32,000 nt of DNA, taken from positions 90,001 through 122,000 of the forward strand of contig NC_013849.1 of NCBI RefSeq assembly GCF_000025505.1, given 5' to 3'. This stretch comes from Ferroglobus placidus DSM 10642. GTDB taxonomy: Archaea > Halobacteriota > Archaeoglobi > Archaeoglobales > Archaeoglobaceae. This document shows, piece after piece, positions 18,954 to 27,353 of this stretch. The notes under the pieces are model-generated. The model searched no databases, was not told the DNA's origin, and saw nothing but the letters and a program-made list of their open reading frames with translations. The position numbers were made by a program, and so were the translations under genes. Position 1 is the stretch's first letter. The number at the start of each line of letters is the position of its first letter.

Positions 18954-18969
18954 CCCTAAACTTTTAGGG
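18954..18969. promoter_or_regulatory. Dyad CCCTAA-ACTT-TTAGGG upstream of Mo-oxidoreductase operon
   Basis: Perfect 6-bp arms with 4-bp spacer, 21 bp upstream of the start codon at 18932; same architecture as sites at 21626-21639 and 21885-21898. TATA-like AT-rich TTTAAATA on the minus strand near 18997-19006. Confidence 0.55.
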
Positions 18970-19171
18970 GTTTTTACGAAAAAAGTCGTATATCAGTATT
19001 TAAAATTTACGAAATTTCACGTATATTAAATAGCCAAGAACGTCCTCTGAAATGTTAATACGTGTGTAATCTTTAGTGTATAAAATATATTAAAATTAAT
19101 TTAAAATATGCTAAATAATCTGATAATAAGCTTAAATAAAATATTTTACAAAAAATAAAAATTTTAAATTT

Positions 19172-19564
19172 TTAGTCTGTTACGACTAAAACCCCTCTCA
19201 TTATCCAGTGTCCAAGTCCGGAGTTTGGATAAGGTTCTCCGCAGTAAATGTTACACCTTATTTCAAATGTACCGGTTTTGTTTGGAACAAACGTAACCTC
19301 TTTCCACTTCCCCGGCTCGACTATTTCGTTTATGCCGAAAGCAGCGATGTACAATCCGTGAGTGACATCGTCACTCGTGAATCTCAGCGTAACTTTTTCT
19401 CCTTTTTTCACTACAATTTTATTTGGCACGAACATCCACTGCTTTGCGTGCAGCTCTATTACGTTCTCTTCCTTAGCTTGGGATTTGTAGTACATTGGTC
19501 CTCCTATTATCGCCAGGACTCCGATTATTAGAAGGAGTAATGCTATGATGTCTCCGATCCTCAT
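19172..19564 (-). CDS. Cupredoxin/CuA-type membrane-anchored protein (cytochrome c oxidase subunit II-like), 130 aa; actual start at 19564, not the 19888 ORF start
   Basis: MRIGDIIALLLLIIGVLAII anchor, VTHGLYI, CNIYCGEPYPNSGLGHWIMRG; ATG overlaps the stop of the upstream gene (ATGA). Confidence 0.8.
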   Translation of the reverse strand: MRIGDIIALLLLIIGVLAIIGGPMYYKSQAKEENVIELHAKQWMFVPNKIVVKKGEKVTLRFTSDDVTHGLYIAAFGINEIVEPGKWKEVTFVPNKTGTFEIRCNIYCGEPYPNSGLGHWIMRGVLVVTD

Positions 19565-21108
19565 AAGAACACACCTCCTCCGAGCCAGACGTGTATAACT
19601 ATCAAAGCGTAGCCCAATACCGCTGCCACTATTGGTATCGCTGCTCTTATCGCAGCTTTCTTGTCGTCGAACATTCTCAACGATATTTCGTGAGCTGCCC
19701 TCGTTGAGAAAACGACTCCAGCAACTATGAACGCCATCTGTATGTACGGAATTGCCCATGTGAAGTAGGGCTGCCATTTGAGATGAGCAGTCCCGAATAT
19801 GTCCCAGCCTAAGTTGAAGGGGTCTGAGAGAATTCTCAACACGTAGGAACCGTTGACGAGCAGGATGTAGATTGAGAAAGCTCCCCAAGCCATGAGGCTT
19901 ATTGGAACGAGGGCGTAGGAGAAGTTTATGAACACTCTCTTGAAGGACACATCCTTTCCGGAGAGCATCTTTGAGAGGTATGCGAAGGCTGCGAACAATG
20001 CTGGGGCTATGACGAGGGTTGAAACCAAGATTATCCCTAAGAATGTCAGGTAGTTCTGCAGCGAGAACGCTTCGATGAGTAGATTCGTCTTCTTGTCGAA
20101 GGGCACGTGAATTGCTTTACCGATTAACGGAGCAACTTTTCCGCCAAGAACGTTGGAGACTTCTCTCAACCATGGGTGTGCTCCTGCAAACACTATTGCA
20201 TAGAGGATAGCCAACGTAGCCATTATGAACGTCTTGTAAGCTTCGTCAAGCCCTCTCTTCTTTATTCCGTACCATGGATCCACGAATAGATCTTCTCCTC
20301 CTATTCTGAAGTTGACAGCTATGTTGTCGAAGGGACAAGTCTTGATACATTCGGTACACAAGCCGCAGTAGGCGTTTCTGTTTAAGTTCCCCGGATACTC
20401 GAACCACGGGCATCCATATCCTTTATCGTTTCCTCTTATACAATCCTTGTAGCCAACGTGCTTTATGCATGTCTCTCTGTTCTTCACTCTAAGCTCGAGG
20501 GTTGAAAACATCGAATACAGTCCGATGAATCCTGAAACCGGGCAGATGTACCTGCAGAACGCTCTTCCTCTGAATATCAGAAATACTATTATTGGTAGTA
20601 TTATGACAAGAATTATTAGCAAAATTCCTGAAACCCACGGTCTCGTGACGAGAATTCCTATGAAGCTTGAGACCATTAGGAATGAGGCGTTCTGTATCCA
20701 GATGTTGTCGAACTTCTTTGGCCATCTTTTTCCAAGTCCTATGGGTTTGTGTCTAACTCCGACAAACGTTCCTCGCTGAATCCACTCTCCCAACGCCGGA
20801 ATAGGGCAGACTTGACACCATATCCTTCCTCCGAAGGGGACGAGAACGAGCATCAGCGCTGCCCACCAAACAATCCACATTATCAGAATCGCCAAGTTGC
20901 TGTTACCCACTGGACTTCCGAAAAAGGCTGCATACATCAAAGCGACGAAGATTAAGAAGTTCGGGAATATCGCTATGAACTGATACGCTCGCAATTTGAA
21001 TAGCCATCGGATTATCGGAATTCTGAGCAGGTCGTATCTAAAGAAGTACTTCGCCTCTTCCTTAGCTGTTGCATCCTTAACCTCTTCACCAACTTCCGCC
21101 AACTTCAC
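19561..21108 (-). CDS. NapH/NosR-like polyferredoxin membrane protein with 4Fe-4S motifs, candidate electron-transfer component for N2O reduction
   Basis: 515 aa, GTG start with GGAGGTGA Shine-Dalgarno; WCQVCPIPALGEW, FCRYICPVSGFIG, YCGLCTECIKTCPFDNI; extra C-terminal TM region. Confidence 0.8.
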   Translation of the reverse strand: MKLAEVGEEVKDATAKEEAKYFFRYDLLRIPIIRWLFKLRAYQFIAIFPNFLIFVALMYAAFFGSPVGNSNLAILIMWIVWWAALMLVLVPFGGRIWCQVCPIPALGEWIQRGTFVGVRHKPIGLGKRWPKKFDNIWIQNASFLMVSSFIGILVTRPWVSGILLIILVIILPIIVFLIFRGRAFCRYICPVSGFIGLYSMFSTLELRVKNRETCIKHVGYKDCIRGNDKGYGCPWFEYPGNLNRNAYCGLCTECIKTCPFDNIAVNFRIGGEDLFVDPWYGIKKRGLDEAYKTFIMATLAILYAIVFAGAHPWLREVSNVLGGKVAPLIGKAIHVPFDKKTNLLIEAFSLQNYLTFLGIILVSTLVIAPALFAAFAYLSKMLSGKDVSFKRVFINFSYALVPISLMAWGAFSIYILLVNGSYVLRILSDPFNLGWDIFGTAHLKWQPYFTWAIPYIQMAFIVAGVVFSTRAAHEISLRMFDDKKAAIRAAIPIVAAVLGYALIVIHVWLGGGVFL

Positions 21109-21567
21109 TCACCTCCTTGCTATATAATATCCCGTCACAGCTATTCCGAGAATTATTGCAAAAAGAGAGACTCCTCTCTCTGGATTGTTCGGTTTCACTA
21201 TCAGCTTCCCTGTCATGAATGGATGGTAGGGTCCGCAGGTAACGTTGCACCTGTACGTGAAAACTCCCGGTTTATCTGCTACGAACTTTATCACTCTCTC
21301 CCTCGGCCAACCTTCTTTTGTTATTATCGCTGTACCTATGTCGTAACCTTCAATGAAAAGACCGTGGGATACATCAGCAGATTTCAATCGTATGATAACT
21401 GTGTCTCCTTGGTTTACCTCTATCACTGAAGGTTCGTACTCCCATTGTTTTGCAATTACCGTGAACTCCTTTGTCGTACCTTTTGGACTCGTGTTCTGAG
21501 CACTGGATATAGTCAGCACTGAAATTCCCAGCACCACCAGCGCAAGCAGAATTACTCCTGCTCTCAT
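21109..21567 (-). CDS. CuA-type cupredoxin (cytochrome c oxidase subunit II-like), secreted with C-terminal membrane anchor
   Basis: 152 aa; N-terminal signal-like helix, VSHGLFIEGYD, YRCNVTCGPYHPFMTG (C-x3-C-x3-H-x2-M), C-terminal hydrophobic helix. Confidence 0.83.
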   Translation of the reverse strand: MRAGVILLALVVLGISVLTISSAQNTSPKGTTKEFTVIAKQWEYEPSVIEVNQGDTVIIRLKSADVSHGLFIEGYDIGTAIITKEGWPRERVIKFVADKPGVFTYRCNVTCGPYHPFMTGKLIVKPNNPERGVSLFAIILGIAVTGYYIARR

Positions 21568-21625
21568 CTCAACACCACCGTTTATTTTCTTACAATTTTG
21601 CTCTAATATCTGTAAAAAACTAACA

Positions 21626-21639
21626 CCTAAAATGTTAGG
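21626..21639. promoter_or_regulatory. Dyad CCTAA-AATG-TTAGG upstream of cupredoxin/NapH-like operon
   Basis: Perfect 5-bp arms; 59 bp upstream of the 21567 start codon. Confidence 0.5.
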
Positions 21640-21884
21640 AGTCTTAGGCGATCTAAAATTTTTTGATATTATAATAATGTTATATCCTTTAGAGTATAGC
21701 TGAAGTCAATGTTGTTGATACTCTAATCTGAAAAATATTGGTGTCATCTTTTTTAATTCTTGTTAATCGATGCTACTAAGAATTTTTAGCTCTTTTTAGC
21801 ATAACAATCATTATGACGATTTTTGAAGTAGCGGGAATAGATTAATTTTTTAGGGAGCGCAACCAAAATTGCTGGTTTTCAACC

Positions 21885-21898
21885 ACTAAAATGTTAGG
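21885..21898. promoter_or_regulatory. Dyad ACTAA-AATG-TTAGG upstream of nosZ
   Basis: 13 of 14 bases identical to the 21626 site; followed by G (21899); about 55-60 bp upstream of nosZ start. Confidence 0.5.
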
Positions 21899-21945
21899 GT
21901 ATCATTTTTTATTGTTACATTCGTTAATTCAATATATAACTGGTT

Positions 21946-24039
21946 TTGGTGATGGGAATGGCGGAGGAGAAGAATGCGAAAAAGAACAACAAGAGAAACA
22001 ATAAAAACGGGGAGACTAAATTAACAAGAAGAGAATTTCTTAGCTTCGGAGGAGGTTTTATCGCTGGATTTGCCGTTGGAGCTGGAATTTCGAGGCTTGG
22101 TGGAGGAGGAGCACCAGCAGCTCCAGCCTCTTTTGCTGAAATAATGGAGCAGAGAGGGTTGACGCAGCAGGATGCTATTGCCGCTTTAAAAACCTACACT
22201 CCCGGAGGAAAGTACGACGAGTTCATAATGTTTGCCTCTGGAGGACATTCTGGGCAGGTGCTCGTAATCGGAGTTCCGAGCATGAGATTGTACAAAGTAA
22301 TAGCCGTATTCACCCCAGAGCCTTGGCAGGGATACGGATATGGACTGAAGGAAACCCATGAAGTTCTTAAAGGAGGGTATAACGGAATTCGCCCATTGAG
22401 CTGGGGAGACACTCATCATCCTGAAATCAGCAGAACCAATGCTGAGTTTGACGGAGAATGGCTGTTTATTAACGATAAAGCAAACGGCAGAGCTGCTGTT
22501 ATAAGCCTCAAGGACTTCGAGACGAAACAAATAGTAAAAGTTCCGAACACTCAAACAGTCCACGGAGGGTGCTTTGCCACTCCAAATACTGAATACGTTG
22601 CAATTGTCAGCCAATATGCAACCCCATGGGATCCTGAAAAAGGAGGATACATCCCCGGAGAAACGTATGTTGAGTTGACTGAGGAGAACTACAAGAAGTA
22701 CTTCAGAGGAACTTACACGTTTTTGGCTTTCGACAGAAAGAGGGGAAGATTCGACCTATCAAAGAGCTTCCAGATAGAGCTTCCTCCGTACACGCAGGAT
22801 CTTGTAGCTGTAGGATGGGGTCCGAGCGATGGTTTGGCTTTCTGCAACTCTTTCAACACCGAGTTGGCTGTTGGAGGTGTCTTAAAAGGAAAACCTCCAC
22901 TTGAGATTGGAATGTCCCAGAACGATTTCGACTATCTTCACGTAATTCTGTGGAAGAAGGCTGAGCAGTACGTTAAGGAAGGAGGAGGAGAAGTGATAAA
23001 CGGGATAAGAGTAATAAGGTTGAAGGAGGCTGTTAAGGAGGGGCTGATTTACTTTGTTCCCGAACCAAAAAGCCCCCACGGATGTGATATAACGCCGAAC
23101 GGAGATTACGTTTGTGTCAGTGGAAAGCTCGATCCCGTTGTGACAGTCTATAGCGTGGAGAAGATAAAAAGGGCTATCGAAGAGAAGAAGTTCGAAAAGA
23201 AAGATCCCTACGGTGTTCCAGTTTTGAAGTTTGACGAAGTTGTTGAGGCTCAGATAGAGGTTGGTTTAGGTCCTCTCCACACAGAATTCGACGATAAAGG
23301 CTATGCTTACACAAGCCTCTTCATAGACAACGCTGTAGCAAGATGGAAGCTTGGTCCACCCTACAACGAAGATGGATGGAAAGTTGTTGAAAGAATTCCC
23401 ATAAACTACAACGTTGGACATCTGGCAACTCCGGAGAGTAACTCTCCGACGCCAAAAGGAAAGTATCTCGTTTCCCTAAACAAGTGGTCGATCGAAAGAT
23501 TCCCGCTTGTCGGTCCACTGCATCCGCAGAACTTCCAGTTAATTGACATAAGTGGGGAGAGAATGCAGCTCCTTTACGACATGCCCATAGGACTTGGTGA
23601 ACCTCACTATGCGAAGATAATCAGCATCGAGAAACTTAAGCCACTCGATGTTTACCCAGCTGGAACTGACCCGCTTACCTTCCAGCCACATCCGAAGGCA
23701 ATACAGCAGGGACAGGAGAGAATTGAGAGAAAGCAGGAGAACGGAAAGTGGGTTACTGAGATTTATGCTACATTAATCAGAAGTACCATAACTCCTGACA
23801 TAATGAAAGCCAAAGTGGGAGACATCGTGAGAATTTATCTGACGAACGTTGAATACACGAGAGATGCAACACATGGATTCTGTATCGCAGAGTACAACAT
23901 AAACGCGAGTCTTGAGCCGGGAGAGACTGGAACGATAGAGTTCGTTGCGGACAAGCCAGGAGTTTATGCGATCTACTGTACGGAGTTCTGTTCACCACTC
24001 CACCTGGAAATGGCCGGTTGGTTAGTAATTGAACCATAA
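21946..24039 (+). CDS. nosZ: Nitrous oxide reductase (start more likely ATG at 21952 or 21958)
   Basis: 697 aa; Tat motif TRREFLSFGGGFIAG; DTHHPEISRTNAEFDGEWLFINDKANGRAAVI, NTQTVHGG, LGPLHTEFDDKGYAYTSLFIDNAV; C-terminal CuA CTEFCSPLHLEMAGW. Confidence 0.96.
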   Translation: MVMGMAEEKNAKKNNKRNNKNGETKLTRREFLSFGGGFIAGFAVGAGISRLGGGGAPAAPASFAEIMEQRGLTQQDAIAALKTYTPGGKYDEFIMFASGGHSGQVLVIGVPSMRLYKVIAVFTPEPWQGYGYGLKETHEVLKGGYNGIRPLSWGDTHHPEISRTNAEFDGEWLFINDKANGRAAVISLKDFETKQIVKVPNTQTVHGGCFATPNTEYVAIVSQYATPWDPEKGGYIPGETYVELTEENYKKYFRGTYTFLAFDRKRGRFDLSKSFQIELPPYTQDLVAVGWGPSDGLAFCNSFNTELAVGGVLKGKPPLEIGMSQNDFDYLHVILWKKAEQYVKEGGGEVINGIRVIRLKEAVKEGLIYFVPEPKSPHGCDITPNGDYVCVSGKLDPVVTVYSVEKIKRAIEEKKFEKKDPYGVPVLKFDEVVEAQIEVGLGPLHTEFDDKGYAYTSLFIDNAVARWKLGPPYNEDGWKVVERIPINYNVGHLATPESNSPTPKGKYLVSLNKWSIERFPLVGPLHPQNFQLIDISGERMQLLYDMPIGLGEPHYAKIISIEKLKPLDVYPAGTDPLTFQPHPKAIQQGQERIERKQENGKWVTEIYATLIRSTITPDIMKAKVGDIVRIYLTNVEYTRDATHGFCIAEYNINASLEPGETGTIEFVADKPGVYAIYCTEFCSPLHLEMAGWLVIEP

Positions 24040-24090
24040 AATCTTTAATTTTTTAATTTTTTATAATTTTATTTAAAGGGGTGAATATAG

Positions 24091-24594
24091 ATGAGATCTC
24101 TCATGGCACTTTCGTTTGCTCTCGTGCTAGTAGCACTGATAATTGCCGGATGCTCTGAGGAGAAACCTCCGGAAATTCAGCTCGGAGTTGACAAATGCGA
24201 CATGTGTGGGATGATAATAAGTGAGAAAAATTACGCTGGGCTTTACTACTCTACCAAAGAGAAAAGGTGGAAGAAGTTCGACGATATTGGATGTTTGGTA
24301 ATGGAAGCTAAAAAAGAGGGGGATGCGAAAGCTGGAACAATCTACGTTTTTGACTACGAAACTGGGGAATTGATAAAAGCTGAAAAAGCCTACTACGTCG
24401 TTTCTCGGGACATATGGACACCGATGAACACCGGAATAATTGCTTTCAAAAGCAAGGAAAAAGCTGAGGAAACAGCGAAAAAGCAAGGAGGAAAGGTTAT
24501 GAGCTTTGAGGAGCTAATGAAGATGGAGATGAAAATGGGTTGGATGGGCGGAAGGAGAAGTGAACGAACCTCTATGAGCCATACCGGGAAATGA
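24091..24594 (+). CDS. nosL: NosL-like copper-binding lipoprotein
   Basis: 167 aa; lipobox LIIAGC, DKCDMCGMIIS...WKKFDDIGCL, SRDIWTPMNTGIIAF. Confidence 0.9.
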   Translation: MRSLMALSFALVLVALIIAGCSEEKPPEIQLGVDKCDMCGMIISEKNYAGLYYSTKEKRWKKFDDIGCLVMEAKKEGDAKAGTIYVFDYETGELIKAEKAYYVVSRDIWTPMNTGIIAFKSKEKAEETAKKQGGKVMSFEELMKMEMKMGWMGGRRSERTSMSHTGK

Positions 24595-24603
24595 GGTGGT
24601 AAA

Positions 24604-25185
24604 ATGGATAAAAAAAGAGTGAAAAAAGCTGTGGCAGCTGCTTTAATAATCCTTGCAACGTTTTCCCCAATCTGGACGATGAAACTCAACGCACCGCTTT
24701 ACGGAAAAAAATGGCTTCACGTAACGCTGTATAGCTACAAGGTGGAGGGGGATATTAAAGAAGTAAATATCGTAAACCATTACGTAGGTTTGAGGGAGAT
24801 AAATCCGGAGGAGATGATAGAGTTAAAAGTTGCCCCAATAATCTTCGGAATTCTCGACGTTCTTTCGTTGATAGGAGTGGCGGTGAGCAGCGAGAGATTC
24901 GAAAAGTTCTTCTGGATTGTACTTGTGCTCACAGCTATAGGCATTCCAGCTTACTTGCAGTACTGGCTTTACAACTACGGACACGATTTGAATCCCAAAG
25001 CTGCAGTTGAAATAGAGCCGTTTACACCTCCGGTTATAACGATTACTCCAAACAAGGTTGGCAATTTCAGAACAATAAGCTACTTGGACATTGGCTACTG
25101 GATGATCGTAGCAGCTATGCTTCTTTATTTGCCGGATGGTGTGGTAAGAAAACTCAGAAAATCGAGGGCGACGGAGAATGCTTAA
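24604..25185 (+). CDS. Membrane protein of the type found next to nosL in some nos clusters; function unknown
   Basis: 193 aa; IWTMKLNAPLYGKKWLHVTLYSYKVEGDIKEVNIVNHYVGLREI...WLYNYGHDLNPKAAVEI..FTPP; four hydrophobic segments; between nosL and nosD. Confidence 0.65.
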   Translation: MDKKRVKKAVAAALIILATFSPIWTMKLNAPLYGKKWLHVTLYSYKVEGDIKEVNIVNHYVGLREINPEEMIELKVAPIIFGILDVLSLIGVAVSSERFEKFFWIVLVLTAIGIPAYLQYWLYNYGHDLNPKAAVEIEPFTPPVITITPNKVGNFRTISYLDIGYWMIVAAMLLYLPDGVVRKLRKSRATENA

Positions 25186-26548
25186 AATTACAAATATTTT
25201 ATTTTTAATTTTAATATTTTTAATTCTCATTGGAGTTGCTTCGGGAGAAATCTACTACGCTTCACCAGCCAATATAACTCAGGTGCTTGAAAAAGCTCGT
25301 GATGGAGATACGATATATTTGTTGGAAGGTTATTATAAAGGAGGAATTGTTCTCAACAAGAGTATTTCTCTCATCGGCGTAAACTACCCGGTTATAGATG
25401 CTATGGGTGGGGTTTACGGGATATTAATTGAGGCAAACAACTGCACGGTGGAGAAGGTAAAAATAATTAACACGTCAACATCGAGAAGTCTTCAGCCGGC
25501 TGGAATAGTACTTCGATCAGATTATAATATTATAAGAAACGTAGTTATGGAGAACGTTTACTACGGAATTCTGCCTCAAGAGGCTGATTATAATATAATA
25601 GAAGACTGCTACTTGGTTGGCTTGAGAGATGTGGACATTAATTATAGGGGGGACGGTATCTACCTCTGGAACTCCAGATACAACATAATAAGGAACGTTA
25701 CGATGCTTTACTTCCAAGATGGAATTTACAGCGAACATTCGTACTTCAACAAGTTGATTAACAACACCGTCGCTTATTCACGCTACGCTGTCCACAACAT
25801 GTACTGCACAGATTATTTAATCGACGGCATGGTTTCTTTGCAAAACATAGCTGGTTATGTGATAATGTATTCAGCAAATGTCACTGTTAGAAACAGCATA
25901 GCTGAGGTAAATTGGAGGAGTGCTGTCGGAGAGGGAATCTTTGTAATTGAAACTGACAACGTCCTAATTGAAAACAACACCGTCTATGCTGGTATATACG
26001 GAATGGAGATCAAGAGAACACCCTACAGACCGGGGCACTATGCTATAGTAAGGTGGAACACCATAGTCTACAATCAGGTCGGAATCTCAGTAGATGAGGA
26101 AAGTAGCGTGATTTTTTACGGAAACAATTTCATAGAAAATGTGGACAACATCGAGGCGATAGGAGATATAGGGAGAAAGATGAAGTGGTACAGCGAGGAG
26201 CTTAAAGTGGGGAATTTCTGGGATACATATGCTGGATTCGATAAAAATAAAGACGGAATTGGAGATATTCCCTATGTGGAGAGGAGTTTTGCCGAACATA
26301 TCATCGACAGCTACCCAACCCTTAGAATATTCATGTACACTCCCGCATATCAGGCTTTGGAGACTATGTCAAAGATATTCCCGATAAATCCGAAAATTAG
26401 TGTTTACGATCCTTATCCCTTAATGAAACCGAATGTCAATCTGAACTATAAAGAGAAAAACGTGAATGCTCAAATGTTATTTACTTCAGTCCTTCTCGTA
26501 TCGGCATCTGTGATAATTATTTGGAGGTATGGTTATGGCGGTTATTGA
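25178..26548 (+). CDS. nosD: NosD periplasmic copper-insertion / beta-helix protein
   Basis: 456 aa; signal peptide, repeated pentapeptide-like right-handed beta-helix (YNIIRNVVMENVYYGI, NVLIENNTVY), DPYPLM motif; C-terminal hydrophobic tail. Confidence 0.88.
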   Translation: MLKITNILFLILIFLILIGVASGEIYYASPANITQVLEKARDGDTIYLLEGYYKGGIVLNKSISLIGVNYPVIDAMGGVYGILIEANNCTVEKVKIINTSTSRSLQPAGIVLRSDYNIIRNVVMENVYYGILPQEADYNIIEDCYLVGLRDVDINYRGDGIYLWNSRYNIIRNVTMLYFQDGIYSEHSYFNKLINNTVAYSRYAVHNMYCTDYLIDGMVSLQNIAGYVIMYSANVTVRNSIAEVNWRSAVGEGIFVIETDNVLIENNTVYAGIYGMEIKRTPYRPGHYAIVRWNTIVYNQVGISVDEESSVIFYGNNFIENVDNIEAIGDIGRKMKWYSEELKVGNFWDTYAGFDKNKDGIGDIPYVERSFAEHIIDSYPTLRIFMYTPAYQALETMSKIFPINPKISVYDPYPLMKPNVNLNYKEKNVNAQMLFTSVLLVSASVIIIWRYGYGGY

Positions 26549-27353
26549 AATTGAGGAGGTTTACAAGGAGTATGAAGGATTCGTTGCGTTGAAAGGAATC
26601 ACTCTCTCAATAAAGAAGGGGTTAACGTTGCTGCTCGGACCCAACGGAGCTGGAAAGACCACGCTTTTGAAATGCATCGTCGGGCTGCTGAACTTCGAAG
26701 GAGAAATTCGGATCATGGGTTATGACGTTTTAAGAGAAGCGGTGAAAGCGAAAAATTTCCTCGGCTATCTCCCTCAAAAAGTTTCCATCTACGAAAATAT
26801 GAAATGCTATGAAATTGTGAAATTCTTTTCTGAGTTGAGAAAAATAGATCTGGATGTTGAAGAGGTTTTGAAATTAGCGGAGCTTGAAGAGGAGTATCAT
26901 TCTAAGTTCGGGGAGCTTTCTGGAGGAATGAGGCAGAGGTTTGCTCTTGCGTTACTCCTTGCTTCTGATCTTCCAGTTCTAATACTCGACGAGCCCATGA
27001 GTAACTTAGACCCAATGGGGAGAAGGAGGTTTGAGGGAATGCTGAGGGAGCTGAAATCTGATAAAACGATACTCGTTAGCTCTCACTCTCTTGGCAGTTT
27101 GTTACCTTACGCTGATAGAGTAGTGGTTATGAACGAGGGAGAAGTTGTTTTCGATGGAGAACTTGATCAATTCTTATCTATGCTTGATGAGAAATTCAAG
27201 GCTCACGTTAAAACGAGCGAAGGATGGTTTACGATAACCGCAAAAACGTTCGAGGAGTTCATGGACAGCATAGATGGTAGAATGGTAGAGGAGGTTATTT
27301 TTGAGGAGATACCGATTGATCAGCTTATAGCGAAGATAAGCGGAGGTGAGTGA
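26529..27353 (+). CDS. nosF: NosF ABC transporter ATP-binding protein (start may be ATG 26535)
   Basis: 274 aa; Walker A GPNGAGKTT, signature LSGGMRQRFALALLL, Walker B LIILDEPMSNLDP; in nos operon. Confidence 0.9.
   Translation: MVMAVIEIEEVYKEYEGFVALKGITLSIKKGLTLLLGPNGAGKTTLLKCIVGLLNFEGEIRIMGYDVLREAVKAKNFLGYLPQKVSIYENMKCYEIVKFFSELRKIDLDVEEVLKLAELEEEYHSKFGELSGGMRQRFALALLLASDLPVLILDEPMSNLDPMGRRRFEGMLRELKSDKTILVSSHSLGSLLPYADRVVVMNEGEVVFDGELDQFLSMLDEKFKAHVKTSEGWFTITAKTFEEFMDSIDGRMVEEVIFEEIPIDQLIAKISGGE

Noticed and set aside
19565-19888. N-terminal extension of the 19172..19888 ORF (MGSFLNLHPARQRFLRVENSL...)
   Set aside because: It lies antisense-in-frame within the upstream 19561..21108 gene; the natural start is the ATG at 19564, giving a standard membrane anchor.
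19172-21567. Interpreting the CuA proteins as subunits of a terminal heme-copper oxidase or NO reductase
   Set aside because: No subunit I homolog is present in the window; context favours linkage to N2O reduction, though a distant subunit I cannot be excluded.
25400-26100. Repeats inside nosD as a DNA repeat array
   Set aside because: They are degenerate protein-level beta-helix repeats expected for NosD, not nucleotide repeats.
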